The position numbers and the translations under genes are program-made. A stretch of 64,000 nucleotides of DNA from Amoebidium appalachense (taxonomy: Eukaryota; Protista; Ichthyosporea). The stretch's first letter is position 1, and each line of letters begins with the position of its first letter. The DNA is taken from NCBI GenBank assembly GCA_963693365.1, contig CAVNZM010000002.1:4542259-4606258 (forward strand), given 5' to 3'. Shown here in pieces: positions 1 through 12,279 of the stretch. The notes below the pieces were generated by a model. That model was not told where the DNA came from, ran no database searches, and saw nothing but the letters and a program-made list of their open reading frames with translations.

Positions 1-628
1 TTCACTTACAGATTTTATGCACAGTTTTATATGCGCACACAAACACGCACGCACGCACACACGTACACACACACACATGTGCCTACACAAGCACACACAC
101 ACATGTTTGCTGCAGGCCAGAACAGAATAGGACATCAAACAAAACGAAAGGCACCAAACAAAGCTCTTGCCACGGCAATCGTTCGACACTACTTGGTGAT
201 ACGAACCTACCAACTACACCCTGCTGGTACGTTAGAGTAAGTTGTCCTGCTCATTGTCTTGTCTTGGCTACTTAGTTCTTATGCATGTCTACGAAAAGAA
301 ATGGACTTTGGAAATAGTGTTGAATAGTTTTTCTGATCTCCTGGTTCTTGTGGCTCGAAACCCAACTAACTTGAAAGTTACCATGTCCGGCAGAGAATTT
401 TTGAGGTCTGAGACAGGTCGACATCCGCCCATTTGTTGGGCTTATCTAAAAATGCTTATAAGTAGGCATACTCTCATGTTTAAAACGTCTGCGGCACAAC
501 TGTTGAGTGCATCGATTGGATCTCCCAGGCGGCTTTTTCTGAATCTCCGGTGCAATGGTTGAACCCATCTAGTGGATTTGTCAGGACAGCTATCATCTGA
601 TGATAAGATCTCCAAGCGCTATTGTTGA

Positions 629-808
629 CTGCACCTAGTGGATCTACCAGAAGGGCATACTCTTAAGGATTTGAAATCACTGGCACAGCAGTTATATCTG
701 AATAACGACAAAGAAATCTGCACCTAGTGGATCTACCAGAAGGGCATACTCTTAAAGATGTAAAAATTTGGCACAGCAGTTATATCTGAATAACGACAAA
801 GAAATCTG
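629..808. repeat. Tandem duplication, 2 x ~89 bp, in an AT-rich segment
   Basis: CTGCACCTAGTGGATCTACCAGAAGGGCATACTCTTAA...GAATAACGACAAAGAAATCTG starts at 629 and again at 718, with a few differences between copies. Confidence 0.9.
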
Positions 809-1323
809 AAGGTCAAAAAAAAAAAAAAAAAACCCTGAAAAAGCTCGTGCAGGGAGTCGTGCAACCCTTAAGGGCAAATATTTAGAACTCAAAATGACTC
901 ACAGTCCTATGCACAGCCACTGTTTGCAAACACAAACAAACACACCACTGAGCTTCTCTATACACACATAACAAAAGCACCCGGAAACACGTGCAGCCTC
1001 TCTTTTTATGAAAAAAGAAATTAAATAAAAAATAAAACCGACAAAAGCACCGCCACAGCCACGATCAGACACGGAGGCACATAAGAAGCATGCACATACC
1101 AAGCATGAAAGCGAAAACATTTGCCCTCGCAGACACATGTGCATACACACGCACACGCACTTGACACACATGCACACCTCGACACAATGCACATGCACAC
1201 ATATGCACCTTCAGACATATATGGACACACACAAATATACACACGCAGACATACATGCACACGCAGACACAAGCACACGCAGACGCATTTACACACACAG
1301 GACACCCAGGTAGGCACACGTAC

Positions 1324-1810
1324 CCTGCTTGGTGCCGGCCAGGCGGAGGGGTGCCAGCCATTTCGACCCGGTCCGTGACACCGGTGAGGCCTTCAAACGG
1401 CCAGGCCCTGTCGTCCCTGGACCCTGCAAAGAAAGTCAGTCCCGCACAGTCCTGACCACAAAGGCACAAGCGAGGGGATAAAGGCGAAGATACGGGATCA
1501 GGTAGCCACCCACTATGAAGATCCAGGGAAAGTCTAGTTCTTATCACCCGAGTTCTTCCGCAACAGGACAAAAACGAAAAAAAAAACAGCAACAAATCTT
1601 TGCGACAGTTCCAATTAGGTTGAAAAATGAGAAACATAGGTGGCTGGGCACAGAGCAAATACAGCTTTGTATGTGTCCCACCCTGCAGGCTGGTCCTCCC
1701 CTACCACGCTCCTCTATCTGGACAGGTAACCACCCCAAGGCACACCAGTGCGCACACTTGCAGCCCCCCTGGCTGTTCCCGCCACGTACCGTGCCGGGCT
1801 TGGCGTCCAT
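1324..1810 (-). CDS. Putative 5' part of an unknown spliced gene (3 exons; the remainder would lie further left and is unresolved)
   Basis: ATG at 1810 in an AAAATATG context. Exons 1810-1790 (MDAKPGT|gtacgt), 1717-1682 (IEERGRGGPACR|gtggga) and 1423-1324 (ctgac...ttgcag|GPGTTGPGRLKASPVSRTGSKWLAPLRLAGTKQ|gtacgt) join in phase. No family recognised. Confidence 0.4.
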
Positions 1811-3727
1811 ATTTTGTTGGCGGTAGAGGCCCGGTTGCCCGGTGACCCCTTGTTCCAAACCCCCCCTTCTATAGCACGCTATGAGATAGCCACACTACCT
1901 AATGTGACACTATAGATCGCCGATGATGATTGCTAAGATGTTATTGGCCTGGCGTGCTTATGCTTGCTTTGTGTGCGCAAAACCCAGCACGCCTCTACAG
2001 ATTACTGCCGCAAAAACACACTATAACACTTGCCCACCACCAACGCTAATATATATGCCTACAGTGTTGCTAAACGGCCGAGAAAGTGTGTCTAAAAAAC
2101 TACACTTCGGTCACCTAGCTGAGCTAAAACGAAATGCAGTCGGATGCATGGCCCGTAACACAGCAGTTTGGCTCCCCCCATGAAATATGATTACCAAAAA
2201 ATACTTTGATAACGCTGCGCATTGCCTTTCATTACTAGGTACAGTAAATATGGTGTCAAATTTTTTTTTATGAAACATATAGCCTTCTTTTCATCTTAGC
2301 ACTAGAAGTTAGACTTTTGAGACGCATAAAAAAAAGTGAAGAAAGTATCTGGACCTTCAAGTTGCATTTGGCAGTTAATGCATACAGATCTAGGGGATGC
2401 TGTTCCGTGGAGCGCCCTGGGCCAATAGGACTTGGTGTACGCGTTAGTTTCCCGATATGGCAGATAAGACACTGATAGCAAGTCACCCTACACCCAAGGG
2501 GACGCCACCGCTGAGTCCGCTGACACTCGCTGCAGGTCAGCCTGCAGCTGAGTGAAGTGCTGAGTCTCCCGAGTCCAACCCAGCTACACAGCCAACCGGA
2601 GTGGGAGTCAGCTAGGGGTAAAGCCATAGTGCACGTGGCACGCGTCAAGTCACGCCTACAAGGGTCCATGCGCACCTGCATATGTGTTTGTTAGAGTTCA
2701 CGTGTATTTAGAGCATGTACACACGGGCAATGTTTATCCCTTACAGGATGCCGTGGCCTTTAGGCTGGGTAGCTCTGGCGGCCATGGACAAAGTAAGGTT
2801 TCACTTGAAGTGATGGGTGGTCCCGCTGCATTGTTGCGATGTGAGCCATGTGCATATCCTCCAGAGATCCACAGTCTCTATGCATTGTAGGTATTTGTCT
2901 CCCCAGCTGCTCCTTCAGCTGGCACTAGGAATAACACACTCTTTTCGTTCTAAGTACTGAATTACTCCATGTCATCAATACATGGTTGCTTTGGTACGAA
3001 AGTGTGCAAGAGACTCTGGCGCCTTGCCGAGCGAAGAGCGGGCAGGTCGGTAGATCTGGGCTAAGCGACCACAGGTTCAGGGAGAGATTGGGAGGCAGCG
3101 CCGTTGACAAGGCAGGGGACCTCCCCACACACAACTAAAGAGTTTGACGTTGCGAACAGAAGAGCTTCGCTAGGCGATGCACAAAACAAGTAACAGAAAG
3201 GGTGGATGTCATCACATGGGCCATGTGTAGACACACCGACTCTATGTATAGGCAGGGTGGGCCACTATGCATACCATTTTCGCTGTTCAAGATATCCGCG
3301 CGGTAGAAGGCACATTGCGAACAGCGGGTATGTAGCACACTGTGCGTACAATTGTAAACGTGGTTATTGCGAGTGGGCACCGGCCGAACACAACATGCGC
3401 TCCACTCATACATAGGGAGCCTGTCCTGCAGGCACCAGCATACATTCGTGCTTCATTCATGCCAATACAAAAATCAGCAAATAGTACATAAAGAAAAACC
3501 CAAGGAGAAGGGCCAAAATAAGAAAATGAGGCCTGCACCTGTTTAGTTAACTGTCTTACGAATTGCGTGGTGGTACAAGAGGCTGTGTGGGTGTGTGGGC
3601 CAGGGAGGGGGGTGGGTGGGGAGGGTGGGGAGGGGAACATAGTATGTCACGTTGCTCTCCAGGTTGTCGCCTGGACTGCCACTATGTGCGCACACAGCAC
3701 GGCAGTGCAAGAGGTAGCTGGGACTGG

Positions 3728-5053
3728 TCAGTACTCCAGGGCCCTCACCTCCCTCTCTGCCCTCAGCACCAACTCCTGCACCCTCTGTGCCTCCGCTGTG
3801 GGCCCCAACCAACACTCAGTGTCCAGCCTGGCATACACCACCCAGCACAGTCACCCCCCCTCCCCCCCTCCACACACACACACATACACACCACAGCCTC
3901 CCTACAAACAGAAACATAAAAAGGCAGGTACATGGGTAAGGAAAACACATATGGCAGCACGCAAGCGGACACACACACACATATACCAGTACACAAGCCT
4001 GCACTCGTGCGCACCACACCAATGCACATACACACACCCACAAAGCACACCCATGCACACATGAATGCGCCAAAAGCACATCCAATGCACACACACACGC
4101 CACACACACACACACAATCACACACACACCCGGGGTGGTGCAGTCCTGCAGACACCGCAGCAGCAGCTGCTTGCTGTGCTGCACTGCCGCCTTCTGCACA
4201 GCTGCCATGGTCCCTGCACCCCCAGTCAGCACACAGACACAGGCACGTGGCCAAGCGCAAATAACACACCCACGTATAGTACGTGTGAAGGGTCTGCACA
4301 CATATGCACTGACATCACAACTATGTGTGTGCGCTCCAGTGTGCTCGCGTGTACGCCTTGTGCGCGTGTGGGTGCGACTTGGTTGGCAGGTGGGGGTTTT
4401 GAGGTATGTGTACGTGTGTGTGTGTGTACGTGCATGTGTGCGCATGCGAGAGAGCCCAGAGAGAGTGTGTGTGTGTGTGTGAGTTTCCGGGCCAAGCCAC
4501 ATACCACCCAGGTGTACGACGGTCAGCACCACGGGGCGCTTGCGCAGGACGGTGATAGTGGTGAGTGCGGCCCAGACCAGCTGGTGGTGGTCTCGCGCCA
4601 CCCGCAGTATGCACAGCCCCGTATACACGTTGATGTACTTGACTGCAACAGGCGTTAGCATAAAGCCGCACATTTTTTTTTTTTTTTGCTATGCATGGAG
4701 GATACGGGGGGGAGGGAGGAGGAGGAGGAGGAGGGAGGGGGGGGGGGGGGGGGGGGGGGGAGGTAGGGGGGCTATACACTGTACCGTCAGGGAACGCCGG
4801 CAAGACAGGGGGCAGTGTGCACGCGCATGCACGCATGCACGGGCACACAGGCACACAGGCACACAGGCACACAGGCACACAGACACGCACCCTGCAGGCT
4901 CTGCTGGCACACAGCCAGGCCCCAATCGCCGTGCAGCCTCTGAAGGGCGTCACGTGCGGCGTCCAGCACGTGCTTGCCCGTCAGACCCTCGTCAGTGCGG
5001 CTGTCTGCGGCCACCACCTCCACAAGGAAGTAGCGGTTCTTGAAGCGCACCAT
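3728..5053 (-). CDS. POP5: RNase P/MRP protein subunit Pop5 (Rpp14/Pop5 family), 4 exons, 150 aa
   Basis: Exons 5053-4891, 4642-4505, 4213-4130 and 3795-3728; all GT-AG, phase 1, 453 nt in total. The protein starts MVRFKNRYFLVEV and contains LHGDWGLA..SLQVKY.N..TGLCILRVARDHHQLVWAALT.IT and VVHLGGTM...QK, which match the Pop5 signature as I recall it. Confidence 0.93.
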
Positions 5054-5681
5054 GCTGCTGCGTGCGGCCGCAGTAATAGGGAAGCTACTTACGTGTGTAT
5101 GTGCGTGTGTGTGTATGTGCGTGTGTGTGGCGTGTGTGTGGCGTGTGTGTGGCGTGTGTGTGTCTGTGTGTGTCTGTCGATATGTTAGTGTGGGTCTCGC
5201 TGCTTCAGCGCGCCGGAAACACTTCTACATCACTGTGCTGTGACTGTGTGCCAAGGCCTCCTATTGTTAGTATATAGGAGGCCTTGCTGTGCTCACCGAG
5301 TTCGTGTTGCCGGTGGTGTGCCGGATAACACGGACTGTGTTTGCGCAAACGCACTATTTGTAGGTCTACAGACGATCACTCGGCGAGTGTTCAACATATA
5401 TCTACATGCATATATGTTCAGGCAGGCCTTTGTATTACAAGGTTGCTGGGCGCAACACAGTTCATGTTGCAAAGCAGTCTCCTATAAAACTAATAGCTTG
5501 CTGGGCATAGTTTGATCAGTCTTGTGCACAATTAGTAGCTTGCTGGGTGCAGTTCCTTTCATGTTGCACAAGCAGTCACGGGTGGCTGCAGTAAGACGGG
5601 CACAGGCAGAGGCCTGGTAGCCCCCCATTCCATTAGACTACCCTCACACATACGCGGGCAGTTAAGCCTTCTAATTGCAGC
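5054..5681. promoter_or_regulatory. Short divergent (bidirectional) promoter region between POP5 and the Sho1-like gene
   Basis: The start codons face away from each other about 630 bp apart. An acceptor-like ctaattgcag lies just before the ATG at 5682, suggesting a 5'UTR intron. Confidence 0.55.
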
Positions 5682-5903
5682 ATGGCCAACAACGACATTG
5701 GGGTGTTCCAGACACCCCCCGCCACGCCGCCCACCACGCGGGCAGCACAGACAGTTGAGCAGGGCACACAGACCGACTACGTCACAGTCAGGGACCAGCC
5801 AAAGGCCCCGTGGATGTACGTGTTGCTGGGCCTGGCTGCCTGGACAGGTGGGTGCGCAAGGGGGGAAGGGAGGAAGGGGGCTGAGGGGGGGGGGAGCTTT
5901 CTT

Positions 5904-5948
<45 letters not shown>

Positions 5949-6121
5949 CGGGGGTGAGAGGGGGGAGGTGGAGGGGCGGAGGGGGAGGGGGGGAGGTGGA
6001 GGGAGATGGTCGTTGTGGAGGGACATCTGTTGGGGGGTGGGGGATGGGTGGTGGGGGGTGATGGTGGTGGTGCTGGTGTTGGTGTTGGTGTTGGTGGTGG
6101 TGGTGGTGGTGGTGGTGGTGT

Positions 6122-6152
<31 letters not shown>

Positions 6153-6451
6153 GGGGGGGAGAAAGAGAGGGATAAAGAGAAGGAAATGGTGATACTTGAG
6201 GGGGTTTTCAGTGTATTTTTCTTTATTTTGTTTATCTTTTTTTTTTTTTCTTTTTTTTTTTTGGGGGGGGGGGGGGGGGGGTGGGGGGGGAGGGGAGTTT
6301 GAGTGGCATGTGGAGGAGTGGGAGGGGGTAAAGCTGTAAATCGGAGTGGGTGTGGATTCAGGTTTAGAGATCACGGCTCGGGTGGCAGTAGTAGGTGTGC
6401 GTGTGTGTTGAGGCACGGGCATGCGTTTTTTTTTTTTTTTTTTTTTTTTTT

Positions 6452-6491
<40 letters not shown>

Positions 6492-6658
6492 TGGAGGAGG
6501 AGAAAGAATGCGAAGGGAGAGGGGCTAGTGTTGTAGAAACGAAACACATTAAGCGGCAACGGATCAGTAGATTTTTGAAAGAGGTGCCCAAGGGACGGAG
6601 GATGTGGGGGGGGTTGCGGTCTGTGGGTGGTGGGTGGGTGGGTGGGTGGGTGGTGTGT

Positions 6659-6689
<31 letters not shown>

Positions 6690-6895
6690 GGGGGGGGAGG
6701 AGCTGAGCGGCGAGAGGGGGGGGGGGGGGGGAGGGGATAGTGCTGCCTTTACTCTGTGGGGGAGTTGTCTAAGTGTTTAGTCGTTGGTTGGGCCACAGTG
6801 TGGGCATTATAGTTGAGGGGCTACACGGTTGTGTTTCTTTCTTCGAACAGCAGCCAATTAGTCGTAAGGGGAGATAGTTGCAGTTTAGTTGGGAA

Positions 6896-6936
<41 letters not shown>

Positions 6937-7345
6937 CGCCCCGCGCCAAAGAACAAATAAACAAACAAACAAACCACCACCACCACCACCAAAGAAAAGA
7001 TTGGGGGTCACAAAGACAGGCCCAGAATGAATGGAGATTCAAGACGGGATATGTGTTTTTAATGCAAGGGTGGTTCTGTTTTTGTTGTCTGCATGGAGTA
7101 CCGGCACGATTGCACCTCTAACAGTGCCCACAGGGCTTGGCTGGGTGGTGGGGCTAGCGGGCCTGGCGGGGCTGAACGACGACTTGAAGGGGGAGAATGG
7201 GGCGTGTAGCACATACAACCTCACCACGGCACGAAAAAAGACCGTGGCTGTGCCCCTGTGTGTGCCGGGTGAGGGCCAGTACGGATACTTCTACTTTGCT
7301 TTTGTGCTGCAGCTGCTGTGCTGCCTAGGTGAGTCAAGGGCCTGG

Positions 7346-7436
<91 letters not shown>

Positions 7437-7562
7437 ACACCCAGACATATGCATGTGGACATGTACCTGCAAATGTTCCCGCACACACTGCGCTACGCAC
7501 GCTCGCACGTACACACACATGCACACACACACCCACACACTCACGCACGTCACACACACATG

Positions 7563-7654
<92 letters not shown>

Positions 7655-7707
7655 CAAACACATGCACATACACTCATATACATGTGCACTGTTGAGGGAG
7701 AGATGGG

Positions 7708-7776
<69 letters not shown>

Positions 7777-7782
7777 CCTCTG

Positions 7783-7873
<91 letters not shown>

Positions 7874-8424
7874 ATGGGCACACAGGCATCGGAGTAGCGG
7901 TGTACTGGCGGCAGCTTGGGCTGTACCGCACAGCCCTCAACACCCTTTTGATCATGGCCACAGCCATCATCATCACCGTATTTTTCCCCCACCCCCGCCC
8001 CTCCCTCCCCCCTCCCCACACACACACCAAAAAAGAAAAAAAAGAAAAAAAAAAGGAAAGGAAAAAAGAAAAAGAAGAAGGAGAAGAACCCAGGGTATTT
8101 CCATGCACACACATATTGACACAGAAACATGCAAATTGAATCCGAGCCTCTCTCCGGGGGGAGGGGGGGGGGGGGGGTGTCTGTGTGCGTGTTTGTTTGT
8201 GTGTTGGGGGGAGAGGGAGGGGGAGGGGGGAGGGGGGAGGGGGAGAGAAAAAGACTTTATAGGCAGTACACCACAGTGTGGTGTGAAATCGTTAAGGGAA
8301 AGCGGGGGGGGGGGGGGGATGACACTTTGTGCTGCGCATGGTTGCTGTGGTACGGATGCATTGTGAGTATGCCTGGTGGAGGCATGACTGCGGAAGCGGG
8401 CAGCCACATTGTGTGTGTGCTGAC

Positions 8425-8481
<57 letters not shown>

Positions 8482-8483
8482 AC

Positions 8484-8554
<71 letters not shown>

Positions 8555-8999
8555 ACCCTGTGTGTGTGTGTGTGTGCTGATAACCCTCTGTGTGTGTGTT
8601 TACTGACTGTGTGTGTGCTAACCCTGTTTGCACAGTGCTGTGACGCCTGCCTGACGCTAGCCTCATTGGGGGACAGTGCCGTCAGCAGCTCAGCAGGGGC
8701 ATGCAGTGCCGGCACCATCATGCTGCTGCTCGCTAACTTCACCCTGTTCCTCTACCTGTGTGCCCATGAAACCAGCAGGCTGCATGCTCTGCTCTATGGC
8801 CCATGCCACCTGCCTAAGTGGAACATATCTCTGCCTAAGCCAATCATCATCACCGTGCCAATGCCCCCGAGTGAAAGGTCACTGCACAACACACACACAC
8901 ACACACACACACACGTGGGTGTGCGCCGCACGCATGCACACAGACACACCTGAGACATATAAGTATACGCACAGTCAAGCACTCACACACAGACACATA

Positions 9000-9037
<38 letters not shown>

Positions 9038-9575
9038 GCACACACGTACACGTGTCCACTCGATCTGACATGATACATGCCTACACCGAATTCCCTTGTC
9101 CCCCCTCCCCCTCCCCCCCCCCCCTCCCCCCCCCCCCCTCTCCCCCCGCCCCCTTCCTCAGGCAGCAAGCAGGTCCGCTTTGCCCTAGCCCAGATGCACA
9201 TGGGGGCGGGTGGATGGTAGGTGTTAGTAGGGTGTAGTGGGGTGGATGTGTGCATGGCAGCCGGCTAGGGACTGGAGTGGGCACGGGCGTGTTATGTTGG
9301 TGCGTGCAACTTCTGGGGGGGAAGGAGGGGGAGGGGGGGGGAGGGGGGGGGGTGGGGGGGCGTGGGAGGGGTGGGGGAGGGGGAGGGGGGGGGGGGGGGG
9401 CGGTCGATCACAGCAAAATGCACGATCACAATAAGGGTTCTGACCCACCCCTCTTCATAACCCCCATAGACCCACCGAGGCACCTGCAACTGTTACAGCC
9501 CCGGCAGCACCTGTGGACGGGCAGCAGGCAGAGGCAGGTGGAGGGGGCCATGTGTCGGTCGGCACAAGCACGTAG
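5682..9575 (+). CDS. Four-TM membrane protein resembling the Sho1 osmosensor transmembrane domain, ~266 aa, no SH3 seen
   Basis: Exons 5682-5847, 7134-7328, 7886-7977, 8636-8877 and 9470-9575; the frame of the last exon is least certain. Four hydrophobic segments: WMYVLLGLAAWTGLGWVVGLAGLAGL; YGYFYFAFVLQLLCCLGIGVAVYW; YRTALNTLLIMATAIIIT; AGACSAGTIMLLLANFTLFLYL. The last resembles Sho1 TM4 (AAAAGxILL...). Confidence 0.7.
7348..7870. repeat. (CA)n tracts followed by (TG)n tracts (inverted microsatellites) filling intron 2 of the Sho1-like gene
   Basis: (CA)n at ~7348-7440 and ~7570-7651; (TG)n at ~7709-7770 and ~7787-7870; intron spans 7329-7885. Confidence 0.95.
8410..8635 (+). repeat. Repeated GTGTGCTGACCCTGTGTG units (branch-point motif embedded in TG repeats) ending at a 3' splice site
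   Basis: gctgaccctg recurs at ~8418, ~8477 and ~8551, with variants at ~8576 and ~8602. The final copy is gctaaccctgtttgcacag, the acceptor of exon 4. Confidence 0.85.
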
Positions 9576-9897
9576 AAGAAAAGGTCAGTGTGCAAGGTAA
9601 GGGTGGGGGATGCTGTGTGCGTGTGTGTGTGTGTGCGTGCGCGTGGCTGTGTATGTATGTGTGTGTGTGTGTGTGTCTGCGGGTCAGGGCGGGGGGTTTG
9701 GGGGGGAGAATCCTGGAAAGGGGCACTTAATCGGTGGACACACCACACTTACACATGCACATACACACAAAGACATGCACACACATACACACACGCACAC
9801 ACACACACACACACACGCCCCCGCACCCATGCAGAAAAACACATGCATACACACATACTCTAGTACATTGACACACGTCTATGCACACACGCGTGGA

Positions 9898-9970
<73 letters not shown>

Positions 9971-10690
9971 GCCCCCATACACATACGCTGACAACTACAC
10001 CCACACACATACGTAGACATGCAGGCACACGCACACGTACTCACGTGCACACCTTTTGTGGCCCAAATGTCGGTTTGCATCATTTAGGATCACTCGTGCC
10101 TGAGCCACACCAAAGCACCTGGCTGACTGTGTTTTTGCCGCCTGACCATGCACCCTACAGCAGCCACATGTCTGGGTCTGTCTTTCTTCAGCCATTCCCC
10201 CCCCCCCCCCCCCCCCCCCCCCGCGGGGGGTCCCCCTATACCCCCAGGCTGAGGGCTGGCCAGCAGCTACATAGGCACCCACACAGGCACACAGCAGCGC
10301 TGCCATGGCGATTGGAAATCCACGTTGGCAGCACTGACACTGGCAGGGTGGCCCACGGTGCTATAGGTCGATATGGGGTGGTGATGGTGGTGATCGTATG
10401 GACACGTACGTGTATTTTTGAATGTCAATTAATTTAGGCACGGGCACGTGCACTGAGTCTACGTATGTACAGTGGCTGTGTTGATAGGTGATACTATGTC
10501 GAATATAAGCGAATGAACTAGGCAGTATGAACCCAATATGAACCCTCTTGCGGGGACCCAAGCAGGGCGACCATGAACTACAGTGTCCGAAATATAAATA
10601 AACTCTAGTGTACTACAGCCTGGGCTGGAGGTGCAACCAACATCTACACACTATGCCTACCTACACTCCGAAATGCACACATCCCCCCCC

Positions 10691-10721
<31 letters not shown>

Positions 10722-10755
10722 ACCTCCCTCCCTCCCTCCCTCTCCCATGCACACG

Positions 10756-12244
10756 CTAGGCCAGGTGTATCTTGAAGCGGAACAAAGCATCATCGCCATA
10801 CCACTGGGGGAATGCAGTGCCCCACAGGTTGTTGTGCAGCACATAGTGCATGCCCAGCCTGGGGTCTGGTCTCTGATTGTTGTCGAACCGCAGCAGCTGC
10901 CCGATCTGCAACCCAGCTCTGTCAGGCCCACCATGCATGGGGGACAAGGGGTGGGAGAGAGGTGCCAACACAAGGAAACCAATTAGGCGCCACACCATTA
11001 TAATCAGTCACCACACTATTTAAGGCGCCACACCATTATAATCAGTCACCACACTATTTAAGGCACGACACCATCTTACTAAGGCGCCACACCATTTAAG
11101 GCGCCACACCATTATATCAAGGCGCCACACCATTATAATCAGTCACCACACTATTTAAGGCGCGACACCATCTTAATAAGGCGCCACACCATTTAAGGTG
11201 CCACACCATTGTTATCAGTCACCACACTATTTAAGGCCCACACCAATATAATCAGTCACCACACTATTTAAGGCGCCACACCATCTTAATAAGGCGCCAC
11301 CCCATTTAAGGCGCCACACCATTATATTAAGGCGCCACACCATTATAATCAGTCGCCACACCATTTAAGGCGCCACACCATTATAATCAGTCGCCACACC
11401 ATTTAAGGCGCCACACTATTATGTTAAGGCGCCACACCATTATAATCAGTCACCACACAACTAATTAGGCACCACAGCCATAATTAGGCACCACACAACT
11501 AATTAGCCAACACACATGTACACATCCCTCGCTATGCTGCGGACTTTGCTGTGTTCCTGACACGACTGCACCAATGTAGTGCTGTGTCTGTCTGTCTGTG
11601 TGCCCATGTGTGTGTGTCAGGCCCACCCCCCCCCCGGAGAGGGGGAGGGGGGGCGAAGGCTGGTTTACCTGGCCGGGAGAGACCAAAGCAGCATCCAAGG
11701 ACTCCACATGCATGACTGGCCTATCATCGTGCCAGGCCACACCCCCCCATGTGCCATGCAGCTTCTGTGTGCCCATGTCCACCACCCTCAGGGGGTCCAC
11801 CATGTGCCCCAGCACGTCCACAGACACACGGGCACCCTCCAGTGACGGCACAAAACTCAGCCATGTGGCCTCGGCTAGACGGGTGGCTGTCTTGTCGAAC
11901 CAGGCCAACGAAAGGTCGACCCGACCCGACCCGAATGTGATGTTGGCCCATAGCTGCTTGGGGGCACCGTAGGTGTTGACTGCCTCGGGGGGCAGAGACA
12001 GGGATAGCACTAGGCGGCACGGGTCACCGGCCACCGTGTAGGCCCCCTGTGTGTGTGTGTTAGAGAAAAAATTAGACATAGGCAGGCATGAGTGCAGGGT
12101 ATGGGGCAAGATCAATCGTGCAAAAGGCATGTGGTTGGTCACTGACAGGTGCCCACGGCAGTGGGGGTTGCATACGAGCCTGCCTGCCAGGATGTGTGTG
12201 TCTGTGAGTGTGAATACATGGGTGAGTATGTGTGCATGCAATTT

Positions 12245-12279
<35 letters not shown>

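Noticed and set aside
2380-2900. Possible + strand spliced gene (acceptor gctgacactcgctgcag at ~2535, donor gtaaag at ~2617, next exon ~2747-2791)
   Set aside because: The candidate exons do not join in phase without a stop and no start exon fits. It could be a non-coding transcript but this is unsupported.
10985-11500. CRISPR array
   Set aside because: The core is only 12 bp, the spacers are 5 or 9 nt and recurrent rather than unique, no cas genes are present, and the array sits in a eukaryotic intron.
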